Assembly: GCA_046732895.1 (NCBI GenBank)
Contig: JBKPNZ010000024.1
Coordinates: forward strand, 2,943-66,942
Direction: 5' to 3'
DNA from: Actinomycetota bacterium
GTDB lineage: Bacteria > Actinomycetota > Thermoleophilia > Solirubrobacterales > 70-9
Length of the DNA stretch: 64,000 nt
The notes below the pieces were generated by a model. The model searched no databases. It had not been told where the DNA came from and saw nothing but the letters and a program-made list of their open reading frames with translations. This document shows positions 26,362 to 33,587 of this stretch, piece by piece (positions within the stretch are counted from its first letter, which is position 1; each line of letters starts with the position of its first letter). The translations under genes and the position numbers were made by a program.

Positions 26362-26727
26362 ATGACTGACACGGACGTCGACGGAGCCGCCCCAGGCCTG
26401 TCTGAGGAGGTCGTGGTCGAGGTCGCGACGGAGCTCGACGTCCGCGGCGCCGAGGCGCTGTGGGAGGAGCTTCACGAGGCCATCGTGCTGGACCAACCCG
26501 TCACCCTCGACATGAGCGACTGCCAGTTCATGGACTCGACCGGACTGACCGTCGTGATCCGCGCGGCACGCGAGCTTCGCAAGCGCAACCGGGCGCTTGT
26601 CGTCTTCGGTGCCAGCGGTCAGCCGGACCGGATCTTCCACCTGACGAGGGTCGGCGAGAACGCCGGCATCGACTTCCATCCGAAGCGGCGGACGGGCGCG
26701 GCGCCGGGCGACGTCTCGCCGCACTGA
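26362..26727 (+). CDS. STAS-domain anti-sigma-factor antagonist (SpoIIAA/RsbV-like)
   Basis: 121 aa. LDMSDCQFMDSTGLTVVIRAARELRKRNRALVVFGA with the conserved Ser/Thr in DSTGL. Confidence 0.8.
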   Translation: MTDTDVDGAAPGLSEEVVVEVATELDVRGAEALWEELHEAIVLDQPVTLDMSDCQFMDSTGLTVVIRAARELRKRNRALVVFGASGQPDRIFHLTRVGENAGIDFHPKRRTGAAPGDVSPH

Positions 26728-26739
26728 CCGGCCTGCGCG

Positions 26740-27609
26740 TCAGCGCTTGCAGATCGCGTACGCCGTCAGATCACGCGAGCCGGTGTCGACGTGGGCCTTG
26801 GTGGCCCAGGCGTCCTCGGGGGTTGTGTTATCCGCGTCCCCAAAGTCAGCAGGCTCGGAATTCACGAGGTGTGCCCCGGCGTCACCGCTCAGGTCTGCGC
26901 CGCCGCCCGTCACCACCGCCTTCCCCGGGCAGACCGCGGTGACCGCGGGACTCCCGCTCGAGCTCACAGAAGCGTGCCGGTAGGCGAGGCGCATGTCCTT
27001 GCTGCAGATGGCGGTCACATGGACCGTCTGGAACAGGTCGGTCGCGATGACTCGCATGCTCCAGCCGTCGTCGGGATCGTCGTCGGGGTCCGATCCATCG
27101 AAGGGGGCTGAGATCAGGGCACCGTCGTCGTTCGCGTGGCTGTCGAAGCCGCCGCCGACGACCGAGGCCCCACGCGGGCATCTGACCTTCGTCACCAGCG
27201 GCCCGGTGGCGCTCACAACCGGCTTCTTCAGCCTGTAGATGAGGTCGGGCGACTTGCTGCAGATCGCGTAGCTCTTGAGCGTCTGGCCGAGGCCACTGAC
27301 GTACCCGCGCGCCGCGTAAGCCTCCCGTGAGGAGACGCCGGGACCCTCGTGATCAGGCCCGGCATAGGCGAGCTCACCGAATTCAGGGTCGCCGTCCAGG
27401 GTCGCGCCTCCGCCTGTGATGTGCCTGCCCTTCGGGCACGACGCAACTACCGCACCCGAGCCCGCGAAGTACTGGCTCCCAGAGCGATAGACGAGACCCC
27501 CGGCCTTGCCCTCGGGGTCGCTGTGCACTGGCGTTCCGGCCCAGGCCAGGGCGGCGCCGAAGCAGAGTGCGGCGAAGGCAGCGAGGGGCGCGAGCTTCCG
27601 TGCCCACAT
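26740..27609 (-). CDS. Secreted protein built of three tandem ~85-aa Cys-pair repeats (unknown family)
   Basis: The in-frame ATG at 27609 gives the signal peptide MWARKLAPLAAFAALCFGAALAWA. There are three repeats of [LI]xYR...CPxGxxxxGGG...~45 aa...AIC[SK][KR]. The upstream part of ORF ..27816 overlaps crp and was discarded. Confidence 0.7.
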   Translation of the reverse strand: MWARKLAPLAAFAALCFGAALAWAGTPVHSDPEGKAGGLVYRSGSQYFAGSGAVVASCPKGRHITGGGATLDGDPEFGELAYAGPDHEGPGVSSREAYAARGYVSGLGQTLKSYAICSKSPDLIYRLKKPVVSATGPLVTKVRCPRGASVVGGGFDSHANDDGALISAPFDGSDPDDDPDDGWSMRVIATDLFQTVHVTAICSKDMRLAYRHASVSSSGSPAVTAVCPGKAVVTGGGADLSGDAGAHLVNSEPADFGDADNTTPEDAWATKAHVDTGSRDLTAYAICKR

Positions 27610-27683
27610 GGCGCGCGAGTATATGGGGCGCCCCAGCAGGAGACAGGGCCACCTTGGAGGGCAGCCCTGCCAAGCCGGCGGGG

Positions 27684-28358
27684 CTAGCGGATCGCGTAGC
27701 GCGCGAGCGTTTCGGGCTCGACGACCTTGATCCGGCGGCGGTCGGTCTCGATGGCGCCCAGCTTGCGCAGTGTCTGAAGAGCACGGGCCACCGCCTCTCG
27801 CGATGAGCTGCTCCATGCCGCGAGCTCCTCCTGCGAGAGCGGTAGGCCGATGACCACTACGCCGCCGTCGACCTCACCGAAGCGCGCGCACAGCTCGACC
27901 AGCCGCGAGGCGATCCGCCCGAGCGTGTCCTGAGCGGCGAACTCGAGCTGGCGGCGATTCTCCTCCTGAAGGCGCTCGAGGGCAGTCGTCAGCATCAGTC
28001 GCATGACGCGGGGATGCTGATCGAGGAAGGCAAGGAATGCGGCACGTGGGGTTGCCATCACCTCGGCCGGCTCAAGCGTTGTCACGGTGGCCGTCCGCGG
28101 TCGGTCCGCGAGGACCGACAGCTCGCCGAGCAGATCGCCGGGTCCGGCGAATCCGAGGATGACCTCGCGGCCGGTTGTCGACAGCAGGGTGACCTTGGCC
28201 CTCCCGTCCTTGAGGACGAGCGTCTGACCGGGGTCGTCGCCCTCGTGGAAGATCGGCGTTCCCTGCGGATAGCTGCGCGCGATCGAGAGTTCCTCGAGCG
28301 TCGCGGCCTCCGGCCCGGTGAGCCCCTCCGCGAATGGGACGTGGGTTGCGCCGTCCAT
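27684..28358 (-). CDS. Crp/Fnr family transcriptional regulator
   Basis: 224 aa. cNMP-binding barrel (IFHEGDDPGQTLVLKDGRAKV...GELSVL) and a C-terminal HTH (SREAVARALQTLRKLGAI). Confidence 0.88.
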   Translation of the reverse strand: MDGATHVPFAEGLTGPEAATLEELSIARSYPQGTPIFHEGDDPGQTLVLKDGRAKVTLLSTTGREVILGFAGPGDLLGELSVLADRPRTATVTTLEPAEVMATPRAAFLAFLDQHPRVMRLMLTTALERLQEENRRQLEFAAQDTLGRIASRLVELCARFGEVDGGVVVIGLPLSQEELAAWSSSSREAVARALQTLRKLGAIETDRRRIKVVEPETLARYAIR

Positions 28359-28413
28359 GGGCTTCCTCTTGGCCGAGTCTAGACCGCATGCTCTGAGGAA
28401 GAGGGCCGCAAAC

Positions 28414-28445
28414 GGAAGCGAGACCGCGTGGGCGGTCTCGCTTCC
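28414..28445 (-). terminator. Strong hairpin terminator downstream of 28475..28852
   Basis: Perfect 14-bp stem GGAAGCGAGACCGC-GTGG-GCGGTCTCGCTTCC, followed by GTTTGCGG on the minus strand. Confidence 0.65.
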
Positions 28446-28474
28446 AAGCGCTCGCGTGGGCGTGAGGCTTGCGT

Positions 28475-28852
28475 CTACGCGTGCGCGGGCCTGTGCGTCT
28501 TCCGGACGCGGGTCGCGCCGAGCCCGACAGCGGCGATGCCGAGGGCGGCGATCCCGGCCGCGGCGATGGCTGCGGCCGTCCAGTCGAAGCCGTTGCCCGT
28601 GGTGTCGCCGGCGCTGGGTAGCTCGAAGGGCTGGGCCCTGGAGCCGTCACGGCGGAGCTGCACGCCGTTCGGCGCGCTCGCCGACGCTGTGGGCGCCGCG
28701 TCGGTGAGAACAGGCGCTGCGAGCTGCGCGGCCTGCGGCTGCCCGGTGACGCTCGTACCTGCGTCCTGCCGCGGCGCGGCCGAAGCAGATGAACCGAAGG
28801 CGGCAAGGGCCAGCAGTGCGAATGCGGTGATGATGGTGAGCCTGGTCTTCAT
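28475..28852 (-). CDS. Small secreted protein with tripartite C-terminal sorting-signal-like tail
   Basis: 125 aa. Signal peptide MKTRLTIITAFALLALAAFGSSASA and a low-complexity Ala/Pro/Gln region. This is followed by ELPSAGDTTGNGFDW, a hydrophobic helix AAAIAAAGIAALGIAAVGLGA, and the basic tail RVRKTHR. A GGGGAAAGAG Shine-Dalgarno lies upstream. Confidence 0.65.
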   Translation of the reverse strand: MKTRLTIITAFALLALAAFGSSASAAPRQDAGTSVTGQPQAAQLAAPVLTDAAPTASASAPNGVQLRRDGSRAQPFELPSAGDTTGNGFDWTAAAIAAAGIAALGIAAVGLGATRVRKTHRPAHA

Positions 28853-28967
28853 CTCTTTCCCCTTTCCGGGAACCGGTGAAATGGACAGTGCCCACGCTAG
28901 GTCCGGGTGGCCGCCGCTACCACGGCGCGCGCCACACCGCGACTATGTAATTCGACACACGATCGAA

Positions 28968-28988
28968 GCGCCCCGCACTTTGCGGCGC
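28968..28988 (-). terminator. Hairpin downstream of 29076..29285
   Basis: GCGCCCCGCA-CTT-TGCGGCGC, an imperfect stem with one bulge. It shares the CCCCGCA..TGCGG core with the hairpin at 35372. Confidence 0.35.
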
Positions 28989-29075
28989 ACAAGGCCCGCC
29001 AGCCTCAGGGCATCTGAATGACACCCGCTTCGCATCCGAGGGCGGGGTGCGACCAGGGTCTGGCTTCGAGGGCCG

Positions 29076-29285
29076 CTACTGGCGACGGTGCAGCAGCTCG
29101 CGCAACCACGCTTCCGTGGATCGATGGGTCGAATCTGGCGCGTCCCGCGATTCCCCCGGTTCGCGTGCGAGGTCGAGCTTGTGCCGCAAAACGTTTATCG
29201 CGGCGATCAGATCCCTGCGCGCCTGCCGCTCTTCGCGCAGCTGCGCCTCCAAGCTGTGGATGCGGCTTGCCTTGCTACCGAACAT
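29076..29285 (-). CDS. Small coiled-coil hypothetical protein
   Basis: The in-frame ATG at 29285 is preceded by GGGAAGG. 69 aa (MFGSKASRIHSLEAQLREERQARRDLIAAINVLRHKL...). GC3 is reasonably high and a hairpin follows. No family recognised. Confidence 0.4.
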   Translation of the reverse strand: MFGSKASRIHSLEAQLREERQARRDLIAAINVLRHKLDLAREPGESRDAPDSTHRSTEAWLRELLHRRQ

Positions 29286-29408
29286 CAGCCTTCCCGCTCT
29301 TCGTTTGTGGCCGATCCCTCGCGGAACCCAAACCTCACCACCCAAGGCCGGGCGAGTCAAGGGAGGGGGAGGGTTGGGATACCCGAAAGCAGGTAGCGGC
29401 TGGGCGTA

Positions 29409-31499
29409 CTAGGTCGCGGGCACGTGAACAGCCACGTGCCGGTCGTCGAGGACGCCGCGGATCCGTAGCACGGTGTTGCGGAAGCCGAAGGCGAACCACG
29501 CGCCCCTGACGTTCAGGTGGCCATCCTCTGACCCGGGGCCGTCCACGGTGACTGTGGCGTCGATTGCCTGCGTGTCGAAGCGATAATCGGCGGTGCCGGT
29601 GACCCCAACATCTTCGGCGAAGCGCGCGCCGGCGAGATCCACCGAGAAGACGTTGTCGCCGAAGCTCGGCGTGACCGTCCCGCCGCGAAGGCCGCGGGCC
29701 GTGGTTGGCTGGGGCTGTAGGAAGGCGTGGCGGAGGGCGTCGGTGATCGCGGAAGTGGCGACGTTCGCGACCCTGCGGTCAGCGGGAGTGGACTGATCGC
29801 CCGCGCCGTGATCAACATCGGCCTGGCGGGCGCCGGCGGCCGTCTGCGCGAAGCGCCCGACTGCGGGGAATGAGATCAGCCGGATGTCCTTGGCGCAGCC
29901 GCTGTCGCCCGGTAGGAGGTGGACGATGAAATGAAGGAGAATCGCGTCCGAACAGTCGAAACGCGCATTCAGCGCGGTGTGGTGGCCAGAGTCCGCGAGC
30001 TCGATGAAGTGGCTGCCGGGCCAGGCGTCGGCCAGACGCCGCGAGTCGACGGTCGGCGTCGAGAAGTCGAGGTCGCCGTTCAGGATCAGCGCGGGCACCT
30101 GAGGCGGGAACGTCGCGCCCGGCGGCATCGGCGGCGGGATGTGATGCTGGGGCGCCGGCCACTCGATGCAGGGGTCGGGGCCGATCACTCCCGCAGGCGG
30201 CTGCGCGAGAATCGCGTTCACGGAGTATGGCGCGAACTGGTCGGCCGGCAGGGCCGCCTTCGCCTCCTCGAACTGCTGGAAGCGCTCCGGAACGGCTGCG
30301 CCCTTGTCCCACGGCATTGGGTTGTCGGTGCAGAAGCGGGCGAAGTTCAGACCGACTGAGTAATGGCGCGGACCGCCCTCGTCGCCGAAGATCGGGTTGT
30401 CGCCCTCGGCCGCCAGGCGCAGGAGTGGAACGTCATCGCCAGCGGCGAGTGCGTCGGCGGCGGCGCCGATCTCGCTGTCGGCGACGAAGCCTCCATCCTC
30501 GGTCTGGATCATGTGCCAGAAGACGTAGGCCTCGGTCACGTGCACGTCGTGCGGTTCGCCCGAGGCGTCGAAACCCGTCCCCTCGAGCGGGTGGCTGCGC
30601 AGATGACGGAGGAGCCATGCGAGGCTCCTGACGGCGTTGTCACGCTCGCGCGAGCAGCTTTGCGAGCGCTCGCAGAGAAGGCGGACCGCGCGGTCGACGG
30701 CATCGCTCGTCGTCGGCGAGAACTCGTCGAAGCCGAGGTTCGTGAAGGGCGAGTCGAGGATGGCGGCGCGGACGTGCTCGGGGAAGCGCAAGGCGTAGGA
30801 CTGGATGTCCTGCGCGGCGTAAGAGCCGCCGTACATGTCGAGCTTCCGGATGCCGAGCGCCCGGCGTACGGCGTTGATGTCGAGGGCGACGTTCCCGCTG
30901 CCGTACAGCGTTGCGGCCGATCCGAGCTGGTCGGCGCAGGCGGCGGTGTCCGCGTAGATGTCGTCAGAGCCGTGCTGGACCTGTCGGCAGTTGACGACCT
31001 GGGAGCGCCCCACTCCGCGCTGGTCGAGCAGGATCAGGTCGCGCTTTCGCATGAGCGGGTCGAAGAGGTCGCGGTAGAACGGACCGACGAACTGATCCTG
31101 GGTGATCGAGAAGCCCGGGCCCCCCTCGGTCGCGAGGATCGCCTCGTGCGACGGCCCCCTGGCCCGGTGGCGGAAGTACTCGAAGAAGAGGGACACGGTC
31201 GGACCGGATGGATCAGTGCGGTCCAGCGGCACGCGGACCCTCCCGCACCGCCCGTCTGGAGCCTCGTTGCACTTGAACATGCGGAGGTGGCCGTGCGCGG
31301 CCGCCCGCGAGGCCTTCTCGCTGCCGGCCCGGGAGTGAGTTGGAACAGGCGGTGGCCCGAGGTGGGGCGGGACGAGTGTGTTCGGAGAGTCCGTGACCGT
31401 GTGAGCCTGCGAGAGCGCCGCCGCCGGCGCCAGGGCGGTGATGCCACACGCGGCGGCGGCGACGAGCGTCCGGGCCCCGATTGGCGAGATCCCTCTCAT
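29409..31499 (-). CDS. Secreted alpha/beta hydrolase, tripeptidyl-aminopeptidase-like (S33) with C-terminal extension
   Basis: The in-frame ATG at 31499 gives the signal peptide MRGISPIGARTLVAAAACGITALAPAAA. ATEGGPGFS and the nucleophile elbow MYGGSYAA are present. A ~200-aa extra C-terminal domain follows. Confidence 0.72.
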   Translation of the reverse strand: MRGISPIGARTLVAAAACGITALAPAAALSQAHTVTDSPNTLVPPHLGPPPVPTHSRAGSEKASRAAAHGHLRMFKCNEAPDGRCGRVRVPLDRTDPSGPTVSLFFEYFRHRARGPSHEAILATEGGPGFSITQDQFVGPFYRDLFDPLMRKRDLILLDQRGVGRSQVVNCRQVQHGSDDIYADTAACADQLGSAATLYGSGNVALDINAVRRALGIRKLDMYGGSYAAQDIQSYALRFPEHVRAAILDSPFTNLGFDEFSPTTSDAVDRAVRLLCERSQSCSRERDNAVRSLAWLLRHLRSHPLEGTGFDASGEPHDVHVTEAYVFWHMIQTEDGGFVADSEIGAAADALAAGDDVPLLRLAAEGDNPIFGDEGGPRHYSVGLNFARFCTDNPMPWDKGAAVPERFQQFEEAKAALPADQFAPYSVNAILAQPPAGVIGPDPCIEWPAPQHHIPPPMPPGATFPPQVPALILNGDLDFSTPTVDSRRLADAWPGSHFIELADSGHHTALNARFDCSDAILLHFIVHLLPGDSGCAKDIRLISFPAVGRFAQTAAGARQADVDHGAGDQSTPADRRVANVATSAITDALRHAFLQPQPTTARGLRGGTVTPSFGDNVFSVDLAGARFAEDVGVTGTADYRFDTQAIDATVTVDGPGSEDGHLNVRGAWFAFGFRNTVLRIRGVLDDRHVAVHVPAT

Positions 31500-31668
31500 T
31501 TCTCGTCCCTTGCAAGCCGGGATAGCTTCCGGGGCACACCGTCTCACCGCGCGATCCGGCTGTCAATACCTGGAATTCGCGGGGCTACCGCTAGACGGCT
31601 TCAAGGACTTCCCCGCCGAAACGTCTGCGTAGGACGAGACGCGGCCCGGTTGACATGGTCCTCCTCAG

Positions 31669-31742
31669 GGGGCCGGGGAGGATTCGAACCTCCGTCCTCG
31701 GGATTAAGTGTCCCGCGCTCTGCCTGCCTGAGCTACCGACCC
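31669..31742 (-). tRNA. tRNA-Lys(CUU)-like gene with A at position 33 and C73 discriminator, no encoded CCA
   Basis: The hand-folded cloverleaf is GGGUCGG UA GCUC AGGCAGGCA GAGC G CGGGA CACUUAA UCCCG AGGAC GGAGG UUCGAAU CCUCC CCGGCCC C. All four stems pair, with one U4-G69 wobble. Confidence 0.75.
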
Positions 31743-31942
31743 ATCCATAGTCCGGCCCCCCAAATCCGGCCCCCCACAGTCCTTGTACTTCAATCGGCAG
31801 CTTCATGCGCCGGTTCAAGCGCACGGCCGCCCCGGCAGACGATCAGCCACGAGCGGCCGCCCCGGACCGGCGACCGGAGCGCGAGGTCGTCGACGAGGGG
31901 CGCGGCGACCGATCCGGCCAAACCGAGACGGCCGCACCAGGT

Positions 31943-33217
31943 CTATGCCGGCTGGGCGAGTCGGGTCAGCAGCGCCGCAACCGGTCCCCGGCGGAGCGTC
32001 CGCGGCAGGGGCAGCCGATGTAGTCGCGGCTCGAAGTCTGGATCACGGAGGAAGCCCTGTTCCCGGGTGACGACCTTCCCAGCGGCCTCGACCAGCGCAG
32101 GATCGAACTCAGAGCCCGCGCGCAGGCTGAGTTCGAGCATGGCCTCCGTTTGGCTCAAGCCGGGCGTTCCGCCTGCGGTGAGTGCGCTCCAGGTGCGCGC
32201 CACCGCGATAACCCGGCTCGCGAGCAGGGTTTCGCATGCGGGGACGCCGAACGGACCGCCACTGCCGTCCCAATGCTCATCGACGCCAACGGCGACGACG
32301 CCGGCCAGCGGATGAAGCCGGGGGGCGAGAATACGCGGCGGGCAGGATTCCCAGCTCTCGAGCAGCCTCTCCGCGTCCGCGACCAGGCGCCTCTCGGTCC
32401 TTGAGAGTGAGAGCTGATCGGCGATCGCCGCCGCGTAGACGGCCGTCGCCTGATCTGGAGTGAGGCGCCGGACAGAGCGACGGCGAGCCACGAACGAGAG
32501 GCCGACCTGCGGCAGCAGGATCACGCCCGCAAGCACGAGCAGCGCGAATACCCCTAGCGGACCGAGCAATAGCCACACCGCGACCGCAAGCGCGACCATC
32601 CCCATCACCGCCGGGGCGAGATCCATGAATTCCGAGCGGATCAGCTCGCGAATGCGGTAGCCCTGGTAGAGCGGTGGCACGATCAGCCGAGCGACCGCGA
32701 AGTTGATCGCCCACATCGCGAGCCCGGCGGTGTAGAGGGCGGGGGCCGTGGCGGCCGCGGAGGGCGGGGTCGCCAGGAGGAGCACGCCCTCGCCGGCAAG
32801 TAGTGCCAGGGCAAAGCTGGTCACAGTGACCACGTGGCCGGGCGAGGCAATCGGATCGCTGCGGATCACGAAGCGAGCGATCAGATCCGGGATCAACCAG
32901 ATCAGCAGAGCCGGTAGCGGGCCGCCGATCGCCAGTGCCAACAGAGCGAGCACGATGCTCGCATCGAAGTAGGCGGCCGTGGCAAGTTTTAGTCGAGCTT
33001 CTGCGAAGAAGGCCACGGCAGCTATGGCCGCCAGCGCCGCAAGCATCTGAGGCTGATCCCAGCGCGCCGGTGGCGCCACGATCGCAAACGCCGCACAGGT
33101 CACCGCCGCCGGGCCAAGAACCGCGGCGCAAGCGACCACTACGCGGGTCGGTCCCGCCCCTGCAATACGCCATAGCTGGAGTACTTTGTGCAGCGTTTGA
33201 CGCTCCGTTCTGTACAC
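31943..33217 (-). CDS. Polytopic membrane protein with C-terminal degenerate HD-GYP-like domain
   Basis: 424 aa with a GTG start and ~8 hydrophobic helices. The C-terminal VGVDEHWDGSGGPFGV...SRVIAVARTWSALTAGG...EFDPALVEA aligns by eye to the HHExxDGSGYP...ARIxAVADxFDALTS...FDPxLV part of HD-GYP domains. The HD dyad region is not recognisable. Confidence 0.55.
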   Translation of the reverse strand: MYRTERQTLHKVLQLWRIAGAGPTRVVVACAAVLGPAAVTCAAFAIVAPPARWDQPQMLAALAAIAAVAFFAEARLKLATAAYFDASIVLALLALAIGGPLPALLIWLIPDLIARFVIRSDPIASPGHVVTVTSFALALLAGEGVLLLATPPSAAATAPALYTAGLAMWAINFAVARLIVPPLYQGYRIRELIRSEFMDLAPAVMGMVALAVAVWLLLGPLGVFALLVLAGVILLPQVGLSFVARRRSVRRLTPDQATAVYAAAIADQLSLSRTERRLVADAERLLESWESCPPRILAPRLHPLAGVVAVGVDEHWDGSGGPFGVPACETLLASRVIAVARTWSALTAGGTPGLSQTEAMLELSLRAGSEFDPALVEAAGKVVTREQGFLRDPDFEPRLHRLPLPRTLRRGPVAALLTRLAQPA

Positions 33218-33587
33218 AACCTCGCGGCCCGCCGGCGAGTAGGCCCCAGCATAGTTGACGAACGAGAGGAGCGGGTTCTGTTTGGGAGCTGATCAGCCGG
33301 TCCGGTAACCCACAGGCTCTCCTTTCAGGCGAAAGTCCCAGCAAAGCCTACTGATCGGCGTATCCCACAGCTGTGTCTTGGAGGATTTGTCAAGCAAGGT
33401 GGTCGCTAACTCCGGCGTTTCTCTTCGATCCCGGAGCGGTGCGCAGTCACCGCGCCGACTCGCTGTCTTCCGTCGGCCGTCACTGCGTCGCGGTCGCTCA
33501 GACCCCAGCGATCAGGTTCGCGCTCCGGGATCATCCCGATCAGCTCGGCGATTGTGACGTCGACCTCATGGCCGAGCTCATCAACGA

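Noticed and set aside
31548-31668. TTGACA hexamers near the tRNA-Lys-like gene and the hydrolase start (31563-31568 on the minus strand, 31649-31654 on the plus strand), considered as promoters.
   Set aside because: No acceptable -10 hexamer lies at 16-19 nt spacing on either strand, so they cannot be supported as promoters.
33295-33350. A second GGGTTACCG-containing stretch (minus strand) upstream of the HD-GYP-like gene, considered as a second GEMM-I riboswitch.
   Set aside because: Only the 9-mer matches. The GGCAAAC and CGCAAAGC elements and the P2/P3 hairpins are absent on that strand. On the plus strand AGCAAAGCC occurs in the wrong order relative to GGTAACCC. It is not a GEMM aptamer, and no other known riboswitch was recognised.
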